Below are positions 46,441-57,879 of a DNA stretch of 64,000 bases, in pieces; the first letter of the stretch is position 1, and each line of letters starts with the position of its first letter. The stretch is from Candidatus Xenobia bacterium (GTDB lineage: Bacteria > Vulcanimicrobiota > Xenobia > Xenobiales > QWHO01), in assembly GCA_045863235.1 (NCBI GenBank), contig BTUM01000018.1, positions 32,001 to 96,000 on the forward strand, given 5' to 3'. Made by a program: the position numbers and the translations under genes. Below the pieces are notes generated by a model that saw only the letters and a program-made list of their open reading frames with translations, was not told where the DNA came from and made no database searches.

Positions 46441-48693
46441 TCAGTTCCTCAGGGTCTTTCCGGTCTTCAAAGTGTAGCCGATGCGCTCGCGCGTCTTCTC
46501 CTGCCCCACCAGGTGCAAGATGGCCTCGCGCTCGAGGTCGAGCAGCACCTGCTCGTCCACCACGTCGGGCCGGTTCATCACCCCGCCCGAGAGGATCTTG
46601 GCCAGCGCGCGGGCCAGCTGCACCTCGTAGTCGGTGATCTGGCCGGCCTGGTTCATCATCCAGGCGGCCAGACACAGGTTGGCGTAAGCCGCCTCGCCCA
46701 GCACCTGAACCTGCCGGCGCAGCGGGGGAGTATAGCCGGGAGCCAGCTCCAGCACCCGGGTCTTGGCCTCGCTGATCAGGCGATCCTGGTTGAAGGTGAT
46801 GTCGTCGTGGTCGGTCAGAAAGCCCCACTGTTTCGCCTCCAGGGCGCTGGTGGAGACCTTGCCCATCGCGATCAGCTCGAAGGCCGCCCGCACCGCCGTG
46901 AACGGGTCGGCCCCCGGCTGGAGCTTTGCATTCATGCGGATCAGCATCTCGGTGGTGCCGCCCCCGCCGGGGATGATCCCCACTCCCATCTCGACCAGCC
47001 CCGTGTAGAGCTCGGCCCCGGCCTGGCAAGCATCCGACCAGAGGGCCACCTCGCAGCCCCCGCCCAGGACCATGCGGAAGGGGGTGGAGACGACCGGGTA
47101 GGGGCAGTAGCGCAGCTTCGAGGTCATCCCCTGGAAGGCGCGCACGGCCGCGTCGATCTCGTCCCACTGAGCGTTGGAGGACAGGTGCAACAGCATGCCC
47201 AGGTCGGCTCCAGCGCAGAAGTTCTCGCCCTGATTGCCCACCACCAGACCCAGGAAGTGTTTCTCCACCTCCTGGTGGGCCTTCTCGAACATCTCCAGCA
47301 CGCCCCCGCCGATGGAATTGGCCTTGGAGTGGAACTCCAGGCAAGCCACCCCGTCGCCCAGGTCGATCAGGCTGGCATCGGCCTGCGAGATCACGGTGTG
47401 CCCGGCCTTGCGGTGGCGCAGCACGATGGGCCCGCTGGAGACGGTCGGCCGGGGAGGCAGGCTGATGGTGTCCAGCCCGAGCTTGCCGAAGGCCTCGCTG
47501 GTCACGTCCTGACCCAGCGCTTCGGCCATCTCCAGCGGCCCCAGGTCCCAACCAAAGCCCCATTTCATGGCGTTATCCACGTCTTGAGCCGTGTCGGCCA
47601 CCTCGCCCACCTTGCCGGCCGCGTAGTGGATCAGCTCGAACTGGGTGCGCCGGGTGAATTCGCCGATGGGCCCGGGCACTTCCAGCAGAGCCTTCACCCG
47701 CAGCTCCGGGGTGGGCAGCTTGAGGATCGGGCCCAACTCGTCCAACCGAACCTTGCCCCGATCCTCGTACTCGAAGCTGTCCAGGTTGAGGGTGAGGATC
47801 TTGGAGGCGCCGTCCTCGCCCTTCACCTTCTTGAAGAAGCCGCTCCCGGTCTTGTCCCCCAGCCATTTCTTCTCTTCGACCAGTTTGGCAAAGAACTCGG
47901 GCACGGCGAAGTCTTCCCCGGTGGCTTTGTTGAGATCGAGCGCCACCTGGTAGCAGATGTCCAGGCCCGACAGGTCCATGGTGCGGAAGGTGGCGCTCTT
48001 GGGGCGCCCGATGAGGGGACCGGTGAGCACGTCCACCACGTCGGGGGTGAGCTTGAGGTCCACCATGGCGCGCACGGCCCGCACCACGCCGTAGAGGCCG
48101 ATGCGGTTGGCGGCGAAGCCCGGCACGTCTTTGGCCAGCACCACCCCCTTGCCCAGCACCTGATCGCCGAAGTTGGCCAGGCGCGCCAACACGTGGGGAT
48201 CGGTGTCCTTGGTGGGGATCAGCTCGAGCAAGTGCAGGTAGCGCGGCGGGTTGAAGAAGTGGCTGCCCAGAAAGCGCCTGCGGAAGTCATCCGAGCGCCC
48301 CTTGATCTGGAGCGCCATGGGGATGCCGCTCGAGTTGGAGCTGACGATGGTGCTCGGCCCCACGTTTTGCTCCAGCTTCTCGAGCATCGAGCGCTTCACG
48401 TCCAGCTTCTCCAGGATGGCCTCCACCACCCAGTCCACCTCGGACAGCTTGCCGAGATCGTCCTCGGTGTTGCCCAGTGTGATGAGCTGCGAGCGCTCGC
48501 TCAGCATGAAGGCGGCGGGCTTGCTCTTGAGGGCCCGCTCGAGCCCCTTGCGGGCGGGCTCGTTGCGGTCGGCGCCGGAGCCGGGGATGTCGAGCAGCAG
48601 GGTGGGAATACCGGCGTTGGCGAGCTGGGCGGCGATGCCCGCCCCCATGGTGCCGGCGCCGATGACGGCGGCGCGGCGGATGCTCAGCGGCAT
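46441..48693 (-). CDS. fadN: 3-hydroxyacyl-CoA dehydrogenase/enoyl-CoA hydratase (FadN-type)
   Basis: GAGTMGAGIA, HFFNPPRYLHLLE and GRPKSATFRT. C-terminal crotonase part with FCAGADL and LGGGCE. Confidence 0.9.
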   Translation of the reverse strand: MPLSIRRAAVIGAGTMGAGIAAQLANAGIPTLLLDIPGSGADRNEPARKGLERALKSKPAAFMLSERSQLITLGNTEDDLGKLSEVDWVVEAILEKLDVKRSMLEKLEQNVGPSTIVSSNSSGIPMALQIKGRSDDFRRRFLGSHFFNPPRYLHLLELIPTKDTDPHVLARLANFGDQVLGKGVVLAKDVPGFAANRIGLYGVVRAVRAMVDLKLTPDVVDVLTGPLIGRPKSATFRTMDLSGLDICYQVALDLNKATGEDFAVPEFFAKLVEEKKWLGDKTGSGFFKKVKGEDGASKILTLNLDSFEYEDRGKVRLDELGPILKLPTPELRVKALLEVPGPIGEFTRRTQFELIHYAAGKVGEVADTAQDVDNAMKWGFGWDLGPLEMAEALGQDVTSEAFGKLGLDTISLPPRPTVSSGPIVLRHRKAGHTVISQADASLIDLGDGVACLEFHSKANSIGGGVLEMFEKAHQEVEKHFLGLVVGNQGENFCAGADLGMLLHLSSNAQWDEIDAAVRAFQGMTSKLRYCPYPVVSTPFRMVLGGGCEVALWSDACQAGAELYTGLVEMGVGIIPGGGGTTEMLIRMNAKLQPGADPFTAVRAAFELIAMGKVSTSALEAKQWGFLTDHDDITFNQDRLISEAKTRVLELAPGYTPPLRRQVQVLGEAAYANLCLAAWMMNQAGQITDYEVQLARALAKILSGGVMNRPDVVDEQVLLDLEREAILHLVGQEKTRERIGYTLKTGKTLRN

Positions 48694-48865
48694 GGTCGAG
48701 ATCCTCCTGAGGTCCCGCGCAGGCGGGTCCGAAAGTCCGAGCAGCTTCGCGGGGGGAGTCCGGGGTCCTACCGCGTCCCCTTTGAGGCACCGGGAACGCG
48801 CCTCATGAGGCGCACTTTGCCTGCCTCCGGGGGGATGGCTGCACGGCCTGCGCGAACCCCTGCGG

Positions 48866-49528
48866 ATGAAAGCAGCAAACCCCTGGAAGAACTGTCTCCT
48901 GATCGGCTGCGTGCTGGCGCTGCTGGGCGCCGGGGCCTGCGGGGCCGGCTTTTACTTCCTCTATCACAAAGCCAGCCAGGCCTTCATCACCGACCCGGCC
49001 CGAGTGGAGGCGCTGGCGCAGGAGATCATCCCCGGTGCGCACGTGCCGGCAGGCTATCAACCCCACTTCGGCCTGGAGGCGTTTGGAATGCAGGGCGCCG
49101 CCATCGGCCCTCCCGGCGAGGAGGATGCCGGGCCGGGTCAGTGCGAGATCATGCTGGTGCGCATGCCGCAGAGCGACCAGGTCAACATCAAGGCGATCCG
49201 CGCCCAGATGCAGAGTCCCGAAGGAGCCAGCCGGGACGAGCCGGGCCAGAAGCTGTTGTCGCACGATACCGTCACCATTTCGATGGGAGGTACCCAGGTG
49301 CCGGTCTACCACAGCGTGACCGAGAAGGATGGCGTCAAATCAGAGGATCTGGTCGCCGTTTTCGAAGATGCCGACAAGCGCCTGGTGGCCTGTTTTGCGA
49401 CCGGACCTCAGGAGGGATTTGAGCGCTCACCCGCGCGCTCGTTCTTCGAGGGCTTGAAGGTCACGGATCTCAAGGCTATGGATCCGACGCTTTACCAGGA
49501 AGGTCCGGCTGAAGCACCCAGCCCCTGA
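48866..49528 (+). CDS. Hypothetical membrane-anchored protein
   Basis: N-terminal CLLIGCVLALLGAGACGAGFYFL segment; host-like codon usage. Confidence 0.65.
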   Translation: MKAANPWKNCLLIGCVLALLGAGACGAGFYFLYHKASQAFITDPARVEALAQEIIPGAHVPAGYQPHFGLEAFGMQGAAIGPPGEEDAGPGQCEIMLVRMPQSDQVNIKAIRAQMQSPEGASRDEPGQKLLSHDTVTISMGGTQVPVYHSVTEKDGVKSEDLVAVFEDADKRLVACFATGPQEGFERSPARSFFEGLKVTDLKAMDPTLYQEGPAEAPSP

Positions 49529-49589
49529 ACTTCGAAGCGCCTGCAAAGACTGTCGTCTGGGATGGGCAGGACCGGAGATGCGACGATGT

Positions 49590-49820
49590 TCAGCGGCGGT
49601 CGCGGCACCAGACCACGTTGGTCTCGTTGCAGGACGTGCGGCGAGCATCGTGGCCCCACCACGTGCGCGTCCCGCGCAGATAGAGCTGGCGGGGGCGATC
49701 GGTGATCTTCTCGAGGAAGGCAGCCATCGCGGCCCTGGAAACGACTTCCTCAGCCGCGTTCAGCACGGCTTCCTGCTCGGAAACGGAAAGGGTGTTCTCT
49801 GCTACCATATCGACCTGCAA
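49590..49820 (-). CDS. Small hypothetical protein
   Basis: Fills the gap divergent from lon; GGAGG precedes the ATG. No recognised motif. Confidence 0.35.
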   Translation of the reverse strand: MQVDMVAENTLSVSEQEAVLNAAEEVVSRAAMAAFLEKITDRPRQLYLRGTRTWWGHDARRTSCNETNVVWCRDRR

Positions 49821-49945
49821 CCTCCAACTGGCTGCAGCGCTCTTGTCCCCACTCGTGCGCCTCGCGTTTGCCGGCGCGGTCTCTGGCGGACTCGCTGCTC
49901 GACACCCTGATCATACCCAGCCGGGTGGTCGGGGTTGTGAACTTG

Positions 49946-49962
49946 CTGTTAACAGGGTTACA
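49946..49962. promoter_or_regulatory. Palindromic candidate operator CTGTTAACAG-GGTTACA upstream of lon
   Basis: Matches the 37097 motif at 14 of the first 15 positions. Confidence 0.4.
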
Positions 49963-50015
49963 AACGGAACTCTCATAGATCACTAACGCAGGCCCAACTC
50001 GATGGCCCCTATCCT

Positions 50016-52385
<2,370 letters not shown>

Positions 52386-52400
52386 GCCCAGACCAGCCTG

Positions 52401-52432
52401 AAGGACCCGCCCCCCGGCGGGTCTTTTCTTTT
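52401..52432 (+). terminator. Rho-independent terminator after lon
   Basis: GACCCGCC-cccc-GGCGGGTC followed by TTTTCTTTT. Confidence 0.85.
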
Positions 52433-52479
52433 CCCCGCCAGGAGGATTTCGGAGCGGTGGCACTGATCTTGTCTGGCAC

Positions 52480-52869
52480 GTGTTTCTGGCCATCTTTGTT
52501 TTCATCGGCTGGGTGATCCAACTGGGAGAGAAACTCGGGCTTCTCGAGACCGAGAGTCGCGAGTCGTCCCACCAGGCCTATCGTCTGGCCATCCGGGCCC
52601 AGGAGCTGCTGAAGGTCGAGCTCAGTCCGGTGCGGGTCCGCGACTGCCAGGCCGACCGGTTGGAGTACGGGGATGGGAAAGCCCTCTGGGCGGATGGGCA
52701 GGGCAGGCTGTGGCGCTCTCAGGGCGAGTCGAGCGAGCTGCTGCTCGAGCTGGGTACCTTCGGAAAGGTCCGTTTCGCCCGTCGCGGCGAAATGCTCGAA
52801 GTACGCATCCGGGCCTCGGTCGAGCGTCGGCGGCACTGGGCCCGGATGCTGGTCCCTGTCGAGGACTGA
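52480..52869 (+). CDS. Hypothetical protein with an N-terminal hydrophobic segment
   Basis: Protein-like ORF; start uncertain. Confidence 0.5.
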   Translation: MFLAIFVFIGWVIQLGEKLGLLETESRESSHQAYRLAIRAQELLKVELSPVRVRDCQADRLEYGDGKALWADGQGRLWRSQGESSELLLELGTFGKVRFARRGEMLEVRIRASVERRRHWARMLVPVED

Positions 52870-53105
52870 GGTTGCTCGCAAAGCGCACGGTTGCGATCAG
52901 GAGCTGGTTGACTGTCGCACAAGCCCCCTCCTCGCGGAATGGACAGTTTTTAGTGTCTATTTTTGTCGATATTCATTCTGGTTTCCAGGCTCTGGTTTAG
53001 AAAAAGTTCATCCACTTTTAAAGAGTTGGAAACAAAATCGGATAGACAACCTTTGGCCGGGTCGGGATACACCCCTCGGAGAGAAAAATCGTGGAGGTTG
53101 TCAGA

Positions 53106-53753
53106 ATGTGCACTATTGCTCCCGGTGGCTGTCACCCCCAACCCCTGCCGTACCCGTTCCCGCCTGAGCCGCGTCCGTGGCCCGGGCCCTGGAACCGCGG
53201 ACCGAACACCGAGAACCTGCCCGACTCCTGGGTGGGAACCGAGCGGAAGGGCTGCTGGGGGTTCGATCCGGTCAAGGGCTACGGGCTGGATCTGAACGGT
53301 GACGGGCGCTACACCCGTGGCCAGGACGGCGTGCTGGCCTTCGACATCAACCGCGACGGCAAGGTCACCAACGAGGAGATCGAAGAGTCGAACGCCCGCC
53401 TGAAAGCCTTCGGGGGCAACTATGACGCCAATGGTGACGGCAAGACCAGCTTCTGTGAGCGCATCTCCGGTCAGCGCCGGCAGCGCGAGATGGCGCAGTA
53501 CGACCGCAATCAGGACGGCCGCCTGGACGCCAATGAGTTGAGCTCAGCCGGAGGTCGCGTGCTGGTCGACCGCAACCGTGACGGCCAGTTCCAGCCCTGG
53601 GAGAATCACAGCCCTTACGACTTCCCGACCCCCGGCTTCGGACGCGGCCGGCTCGACTTCGTCGACCCTTACAACAACAACAGCCGGGTCAGCAACAAGT
53701 GGAACTGGTGCCAGCCCCCCTACCCGCAGCCGCAGCCCTGCCGCTGCCACTGA
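53106..53753 (+). CDS. EF-hand-like (DxNxDG repeat) protein with Pro/Cys-rich termini
   Basis: DLNGDG, DINRDG, DANGDG, DRNQDG and DRNRDG. GGAGG RBS before the ATG at 53106; terminator downstream. Confidence 0.8.
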   Translation: MCTIAPGGCHPQPLPYPFPPEPRPWPGPWNRGPNTENLPDSWVGTERKGCWGFDPVKGYGLDLNGDGRYTRGQDGVLAFDINRDGKVTNEEIEESNARLKAFGGNYDANGDGKTSFCERISGQRRQREMAQYDRNQDGRLDANELSSAGGRVLVDRNRDGQFQPWENHSPYDFPTPGFGRGRLDFVDPYNNNSRVSNKWNWCQPPYPQPQPCRCH

Positions 53754-53780
53754 TTCAAACCGAGTCCCACCTCATGTGCG

Positions 53781-53810
53781 CCCTCCCCGAACAAGGGAGG
53801 GTTTTTTCTT
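53781..53810 (+). terminator. Rho-independent terminator
   Basis: CCCTCCC-loop-GGGAGGG followed by TTTTTT. Confidence 0.75.
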
Positions 53811-53813
53811 GGC

Positions 53814-54824
53814 CTACTCCAGATTGACCCCCACCGGTTGGCCTTCGCGCACCGAGCGCTCGATGGCGTGGATGATGCAGTAGTTCTCGTAAGCCTCGGC
53901 CAGGCAGTTGTGCATGGGCCCGTCGGCCTGGATGGCACGCACCAGGTCCTCGAACTGCAACCCGAGGTCCAGCACCGGCTGCTCCACCGGCAGGGTGACC
54001 GGGGTTTCCTCCACGTTGTCTCCACTGCGTCGGAAGAGCTGATTGCCGCGGATGCAGCCCTCCGACATCCAAAGCTCCAGGGAGAAGTCTCGGGGCAGAA
54101 AGGCGGAAGCCGACACCAGCAGCTCTCCCAGAGCCCCGTTCTCGAAGGCCAGCGAAACCGAGAAGGTGTCCGCCTTGAAGTCGTTGCCCAGCTCGAAGCC
54201 GCTGGCCCGGGCGAAGACCGAGCGCACCGGACCCCCGATCCACTGCAGGAGGTCGATGCAGTGAATTCCATTGCCGTGCAGGAAGAAGTAGGTCTCGTAG
54301 GGATGCTCGAACCACCACTCCTTCTCGCGCTTGCGACAGCGCTCGACCGAGTTGTAGAGGTAGACGCCACGGAGAAAACGCAGCCTGCCCAGCTGGCCTG
54401 ACTCGACCAGCGAGCGAGGGCGCCGATACTGGTCTCGGTAGCGGCAGTTCATGCCGACCTGCAGTACCTTGCCCGAGCTCTCCTGGGCCCGCCGCAGGCG
54501 ATGGAAGTCGGCCAGCTCGAGCGCCAGTGGCTTCTCGCAGAACACGTGCTTACCCGCCTCCAGGAAGGAGGCCGCGTAATGGGCGTGGGTGTTGTCCGGG
54601 CTGCACACGAAGATCAGGTCGATCTCGGGGTCGGCAGCCAGCTCTTCCCAGCTCTGGGTGTGCGTGCGAAAGCCGAACTCGCTCACGAAGGCCTCGGCCA
54701 CCGCTTTGCTGCGCCGGGTGGAATAGACCGTCCGCAGCTCAGCCAGAGGGTGCCCGGCCAGGACGGCCAGGTGCTTTCTCGCCATGTAACCGGTTCCGGC
54801 CATTGCCAGCCTGACGGGCTTCAT
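53814..54824 (-). CDS. Gfo/Idh/MocA family oxidoreductase
   Basis: AGTGYMA, SPDNTH, GKHVFCEKPLA and HCIDL motifs. Confidence 0.92.
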   Translation of the reverse strand: MKPVRLAMAGTGYMARKHLAVLAGHPLAELRTVYSTRRSKAVAEAFVSEFGFRTHTQSWEELAADPEIDLIFVCSPDNTHAHYAASFLEAGKHVFCEKPLALELADFHRLRRAQESSGKVLQVGMNCRYRDQYRRPRSLVESGQLGRLRFLRGVYLYNSVERCRKREKEWWFEHPYETYFFLHGNGIHCIDLLQWIGGPVRSVFARASGFELGNDFKADTFSVSLAFENGALGELLVSASAFLPRDFSLELWMSEGCIRGNQLFRRSGDNVEETPVTLPVEQPVLDLGLQFEDLVRAIQADGPMHNCLAEAYENYCIIHAIERSVREGQPVGVNLE

Positions 54825-54869
54825 GGCGCCCGGCTTCGCAGGCGGTCGAGTGGCTCCTGTTTTCGGCTG

Positions 54870-55292
54870 CTACTTCTTCTTGGCCGGCGGGGGAGGGGGC
54901 GGAGGCGCCGGAGCCGGGACTGCTGCCGCCGGCGCGGGCCGGAAGGAGCTGTACCAGAGCCCGCTCATGCTCTGTTGCAGGGCGATGCTGCGCAGCCGGG
55001 CCTCTTCCTGGGCTTTCTCGCTGTCCGAGCGAGCCTGGTTGACCAGCTGGTCACGGTGGATGCGGCGCCTCTGGGCCTCCTCGGCCATCTGGGCGAAGAT
55101 CTTGTTCAGCTCGGCGTCCTGCTCGGCCGGGTTCATCGGCGGGTCAGGAGTGCTGGTGGACGGGAGCGCGTCCGGCGGAAACCAACCTGCCCCATTGTTC
55201 AAAGCCCCGTTACTTCCCGGACCTGCGACCAAGGACTGTATGAGCATCCCTGCGGTTCCTTCCAGCATTTTCAGCGGCCTGTGGCCGACCAA
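54870..55292 (-). CDS. Hypothetical Pro-rich protein
   Basis: Helical centre (AELNKIFAQMAEEAQRRR) and a poly-Pro KKK tail; start uncertain. Confidence 0.5.
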   Translation of the reverse strand: MVGHRPLKMLEGTAGMLIQSLVAGPGSNGALNNGAGWFPPDALPSTSTPDPPMNPAEQDAELNKIFAQMAEEAQRRRIHRDQLVNQARSDSEKAQEEARLRSIALQQSMSGLWYSSFRPAPAAAVPAPAPPPPPPPAKKK

Positions 55293-55425
55293 GGGCGTCG
55301 GGCGGTAGTTCCCGGCGGGCTGTTGCCCACCTGAGCCTAATCCAGGGCAACCCGACGAGTCATTAAAAATTCCTGAAAAATCCGCCAGGGGGGATCCCGA
55401 CCTCTGGGAGGGAAGCCTGGAGCCG

Positions 55426-56091
55426 ATGCGTGGCGTCTGGACCAGCCTGATCTGGAACGCGGTCCTCCCGGTGCTCCTGTATCGCTACCTGAGCAAGTCT
55501 CTGGGCTGGCATGAGGTGAGCGCCCTGATCGCCGCCTCGATGTTCCCGGTTCTGGGCGCCATCTACAGCCTGGTACGCCTGAGGGTGTTCGATTTCATGA
55601 GCGGAATCACGCTGGGTGGCATCGTGGTGAGCGTTTCGGCGGTGCTCCTGGGCGGGGACCAGAAACTCATGCTGATCCGCGAGTCCTTCTTCACCCTTCT
55701 TCTTGGGGTGGGTTGCTTCGTGTCGCTCTTTGCCTGGCGCCGCCCTCTGATGTTCTACTTTGCTCGCTACTTCGAGTGCGGAAACGACGTCACCAAGCGC
55801 CTCGAATTCGATCAGGACTACCAGAACTACGCTCTGGCTCGCAAAGTCCATCGACTGCTCACCATCGTCTGGGGCCTCGCGTTCCTGGGCGAGTTCCTGT
55901 CCAAGGTGGTGATGGTTTACTCCTTCTCAGTCGAAGTGGTGCTGGGCGTCGGCCCGGTGATCTCCAACGGAATTCAGGTGGCCACGATCGTGTGGACGCT
56001 GGCCTACGTGCGCAGCGTGCGCTCGCGCGCTCTGGCCGAGGCCCAGGAGAGCAGCCAGGAAGTGGGTCAGGTCAAGGCGACAGGCGCTTGA
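55426..56091 (+). CDS. VC0807-like membrane protein
   Basis: About 6 TM segments; LIRESFFT...RPLMFYFAR...LTIVWG pattern. Confidence 0.75.
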   Translation: MRGVWTSLIWNAVLPVLLYRYLSKSLGWHEVSALIAASMFPVLGAIYSLVRLRVFDFMSGITLGGIVVSVSAVLLGGDQKLMLIRESFFTLLLGVGCFVSLFAWRRPLMFYFARYFECGNDVTKRLEFDQDYQNYALARKVHRLLTIVWGLAFLGEFLSKVVMVYSFSVEVVLGVGPVISNGIQVATIVWTLAYVRSVRSRALAEAQESSQEVGQVKATGA

Positions 56092-56821
56092 GCTGCCGGG
56101 CCACCTCGGCCCGTATGATCTTATCCTGGGCGGCCGTCAGGTCCTCAAAGGAGATGCAGTGGGCAAAGCGGCGCGTGCCCCGGTTCGGCACCACTCCCCG
56201 GACCAGGCCCTGAAGCTTGATGGGCCGACCCTTCTGGGAGGGCAGCACGATCTCCACCCGGCGCCCTTCCAGGATCGGCTCCATACTGTCGATCGAAAGA
56301 CCGCCGAGGGAAAGGTTGCGCACTGTGCCGGTGGTCTCCATGTCGATGGCCAGGGCCGGATCGCTGGCGAAAAGGTGAGCATCCATGCGGGTCTTGACGC
56401 GCAGGGTCTGGCGGCGCTCGTGCATGGTGTCGGGTGTGAAGCCGATGTCCTCGAGCACGAATTTGATCCAGGACTTGCTCATCATCAGCTTGTCCTCGGC
56501 GTAGGAGAGGCCGGCGATGGTGTCCATCTTGGCTTTGTTCTTGTAGGACCAGAGCACCGTGCAGCGGATCTTGTTGACCCACACCCCTGGCAGGTGCTCC
56601 TGGAACTCCAGGGCCATCAACTGCCCCCTGGGCAGTGGCTCATAGCAGCGGAGTCTCAAGCCGCCGAGTCCGGCGTCTACCACCACACCTTTGATGGAGC
56701 GCTGGGCAAGCTCGCCCTCATTGATGAGATAGGCTACCACTTCCGCGTAGCATTCTCGTCGCGCCAGCTTGCGCCGCTCGGCCAGGGCCGAGGCCGGTGT
56801 GCCACCCAACCAGCTCAGCAT
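56072..56821 (-). CDS. Tandem PilZ-domain protein
   Basis: Two RxxxR + [DN]xxxxG pairs: ERRKLAR/DAGLGG and ERRQTLR/NLSLGG. Start near 56821-56836. Confidence 0.85.
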   Translation of the reverse strand: MLSWLGGTPASALAERRKLARRECYAEVVAYLINEGELAQRSIKGVVVDAGLGGLRLRCYEPLPRGQLMALEFQEHLPGVWVNKIRCTVLWSYKNKAKMDTIAGLSYAEDKLMMSKSWIKFVLEDIGFTPDTMHERRQTLRVKTRMDAHLFASDPALAIDMETTGTVRNLSLGGLSIDSMEPILEGRRVEIVLPSQKGRPIKLQGLVRGVVPNRGTRRFAHCISFEDLTAAQDKIIRAEVARQLKRLSP

Positions 56822-56942
56822 TCGACAGGATTCCATAGGAAGGATGCGTTTCCTACCAGGGTTTTCTGGTAGGGAAATCCTGGTCGATCTCCGAGGGAAG
56901 CCGTGGCAGGTCCAAGAAGCATGGCTGAGAAGGGGGTAGTTC

Positions 56943-57335
56943 TTGAGGAATCTCAGGTCCGGATCGACGCTCATCGAGCTGCTGGTGTGCATGTTCCTGC
57001 TCTCAGTAGCTTTTCTCTCATTGCTGGGAGTGCTGGCCAACGGCCACAAGGCGACCGCTCTGGCCCGCGACAACACCATCGCCACCCAACTCGCCCGCGA
57101 GTACCTCGAGCAGTATCGCAAGAACGACTACAACGCCCTCTCCAGCGTTCCCGAGAACGAGGTCAAGGCCAGCGGGACCTACCAGGGGCGCGACTACGCG
57201 ACGATCTTTCAACGCAAGCTGGAGGTGGGCTCGGCTCTAAACGGTGAGGGCAAGAGCCTCAAGGCGGTCGTTCGCTGGCAGACCGGCAGCATGTGGCACA
57301 CTGTGGAGATGAGAACCCTTGTTGCGGCGCCTTAG
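56943..57335 (+). CDS. Prepilin-type minor pilin (PilV-like)
   Basis: RSG|STLIELLVCMFLL and ATQLAREYLE. Confidence 0.8.
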   Translation: MRNLRSGSTLIELLVCMFLLSVAFLSLLGVLANGHKATALARDNTIATQLAREYLEQYRKNDYNALSSVPENEVKASGTYQGRDYATIFQRKLEVGSALNGEGKSLKAVVRWQTGSMWHTVEMRTLVAAP

Positions 57336-57879
57336 GGGCCTGACCCTGATCGAGACCATGGTGGTCTGCACCCTGCTCGGGCTGCTGACCACCGGCCTGG
57401 TGGTGATCTTTGCCTCGTACGGACGCCAGATGGCCGAGACCGAGCGGCGCCGCGACTACATCACCTCGGCTCAGAAGGGCATCGGCCGGCTGGAGTTGGA
57501 GATGGGCAACACCAGCGCCAGCTATGTTTCGCTGGGGAAGAACCAGGTGATCTTTCCTTCGGCCCAGGCCAGCCTGGCCCAGCCCGTGGTGCTCGACGAT
57601 GCGGGCAAGCTGGTCTGGCAGCGCTGGATTGCCTACGCGGTGGACACCAAGAACCGCGAGTTGTGGCGCGGGGAAGTGAGCATCGCCAAGCCTTCCACCA
57701 ACCCGGGCACCCCCCCGGCCATCGCCAGCTTTTCCAAGAATCGCCTGCTGATCTCCGACCCGGCCCAGAGCCTGAGCGTGGTAGCCGGAACCGCCTCGGG
57801 CCTCTACGAGCTCACCTTGAAGGTGGGCGATGACACCAACGCCGTGCAACTCTCAAGTCAGGTAGGTGTGCGCAATTGA
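57319..57879 (+). CDS. Prepilin-type minor pilin (PilW-like)
   Basis: LRG|LTLIETMVVC; overlaps its neighbours. Confidence 0.8.
   Translation: MLRRLRGLTLIETMVVCTLLGLLTTGLVVIFASYGRQMAETERRRDYITSAQKGIGRLELEMGNTSASYVSLGKNQVIFPSAQASLAQPVVLDDAGKLVWQRWIAYAVDTKNRELWRGEVSIAKPSTNPGTPPAIASFSKNRLLISDPAQSLSVVAGTASGLYELTLKVGDDTNAVQLSSQVGVRN

Noticed and set aside
46336..49422. 1028-aa plus-strand ORF and similar long ORFs (28965..31076, 17169..18968, 24244..26121, 14805..16328, 3289..4716)
   Set aside because: They are antisense shadows of well-supported genes, which is expected in high-GC DNA, and they carry no motifs.
54885..54935. G-rich tract suggesting a G-quadruplex or simple repeat
   Set aside because: It is explained by poly-Pro codons of the minus-strand ORF.
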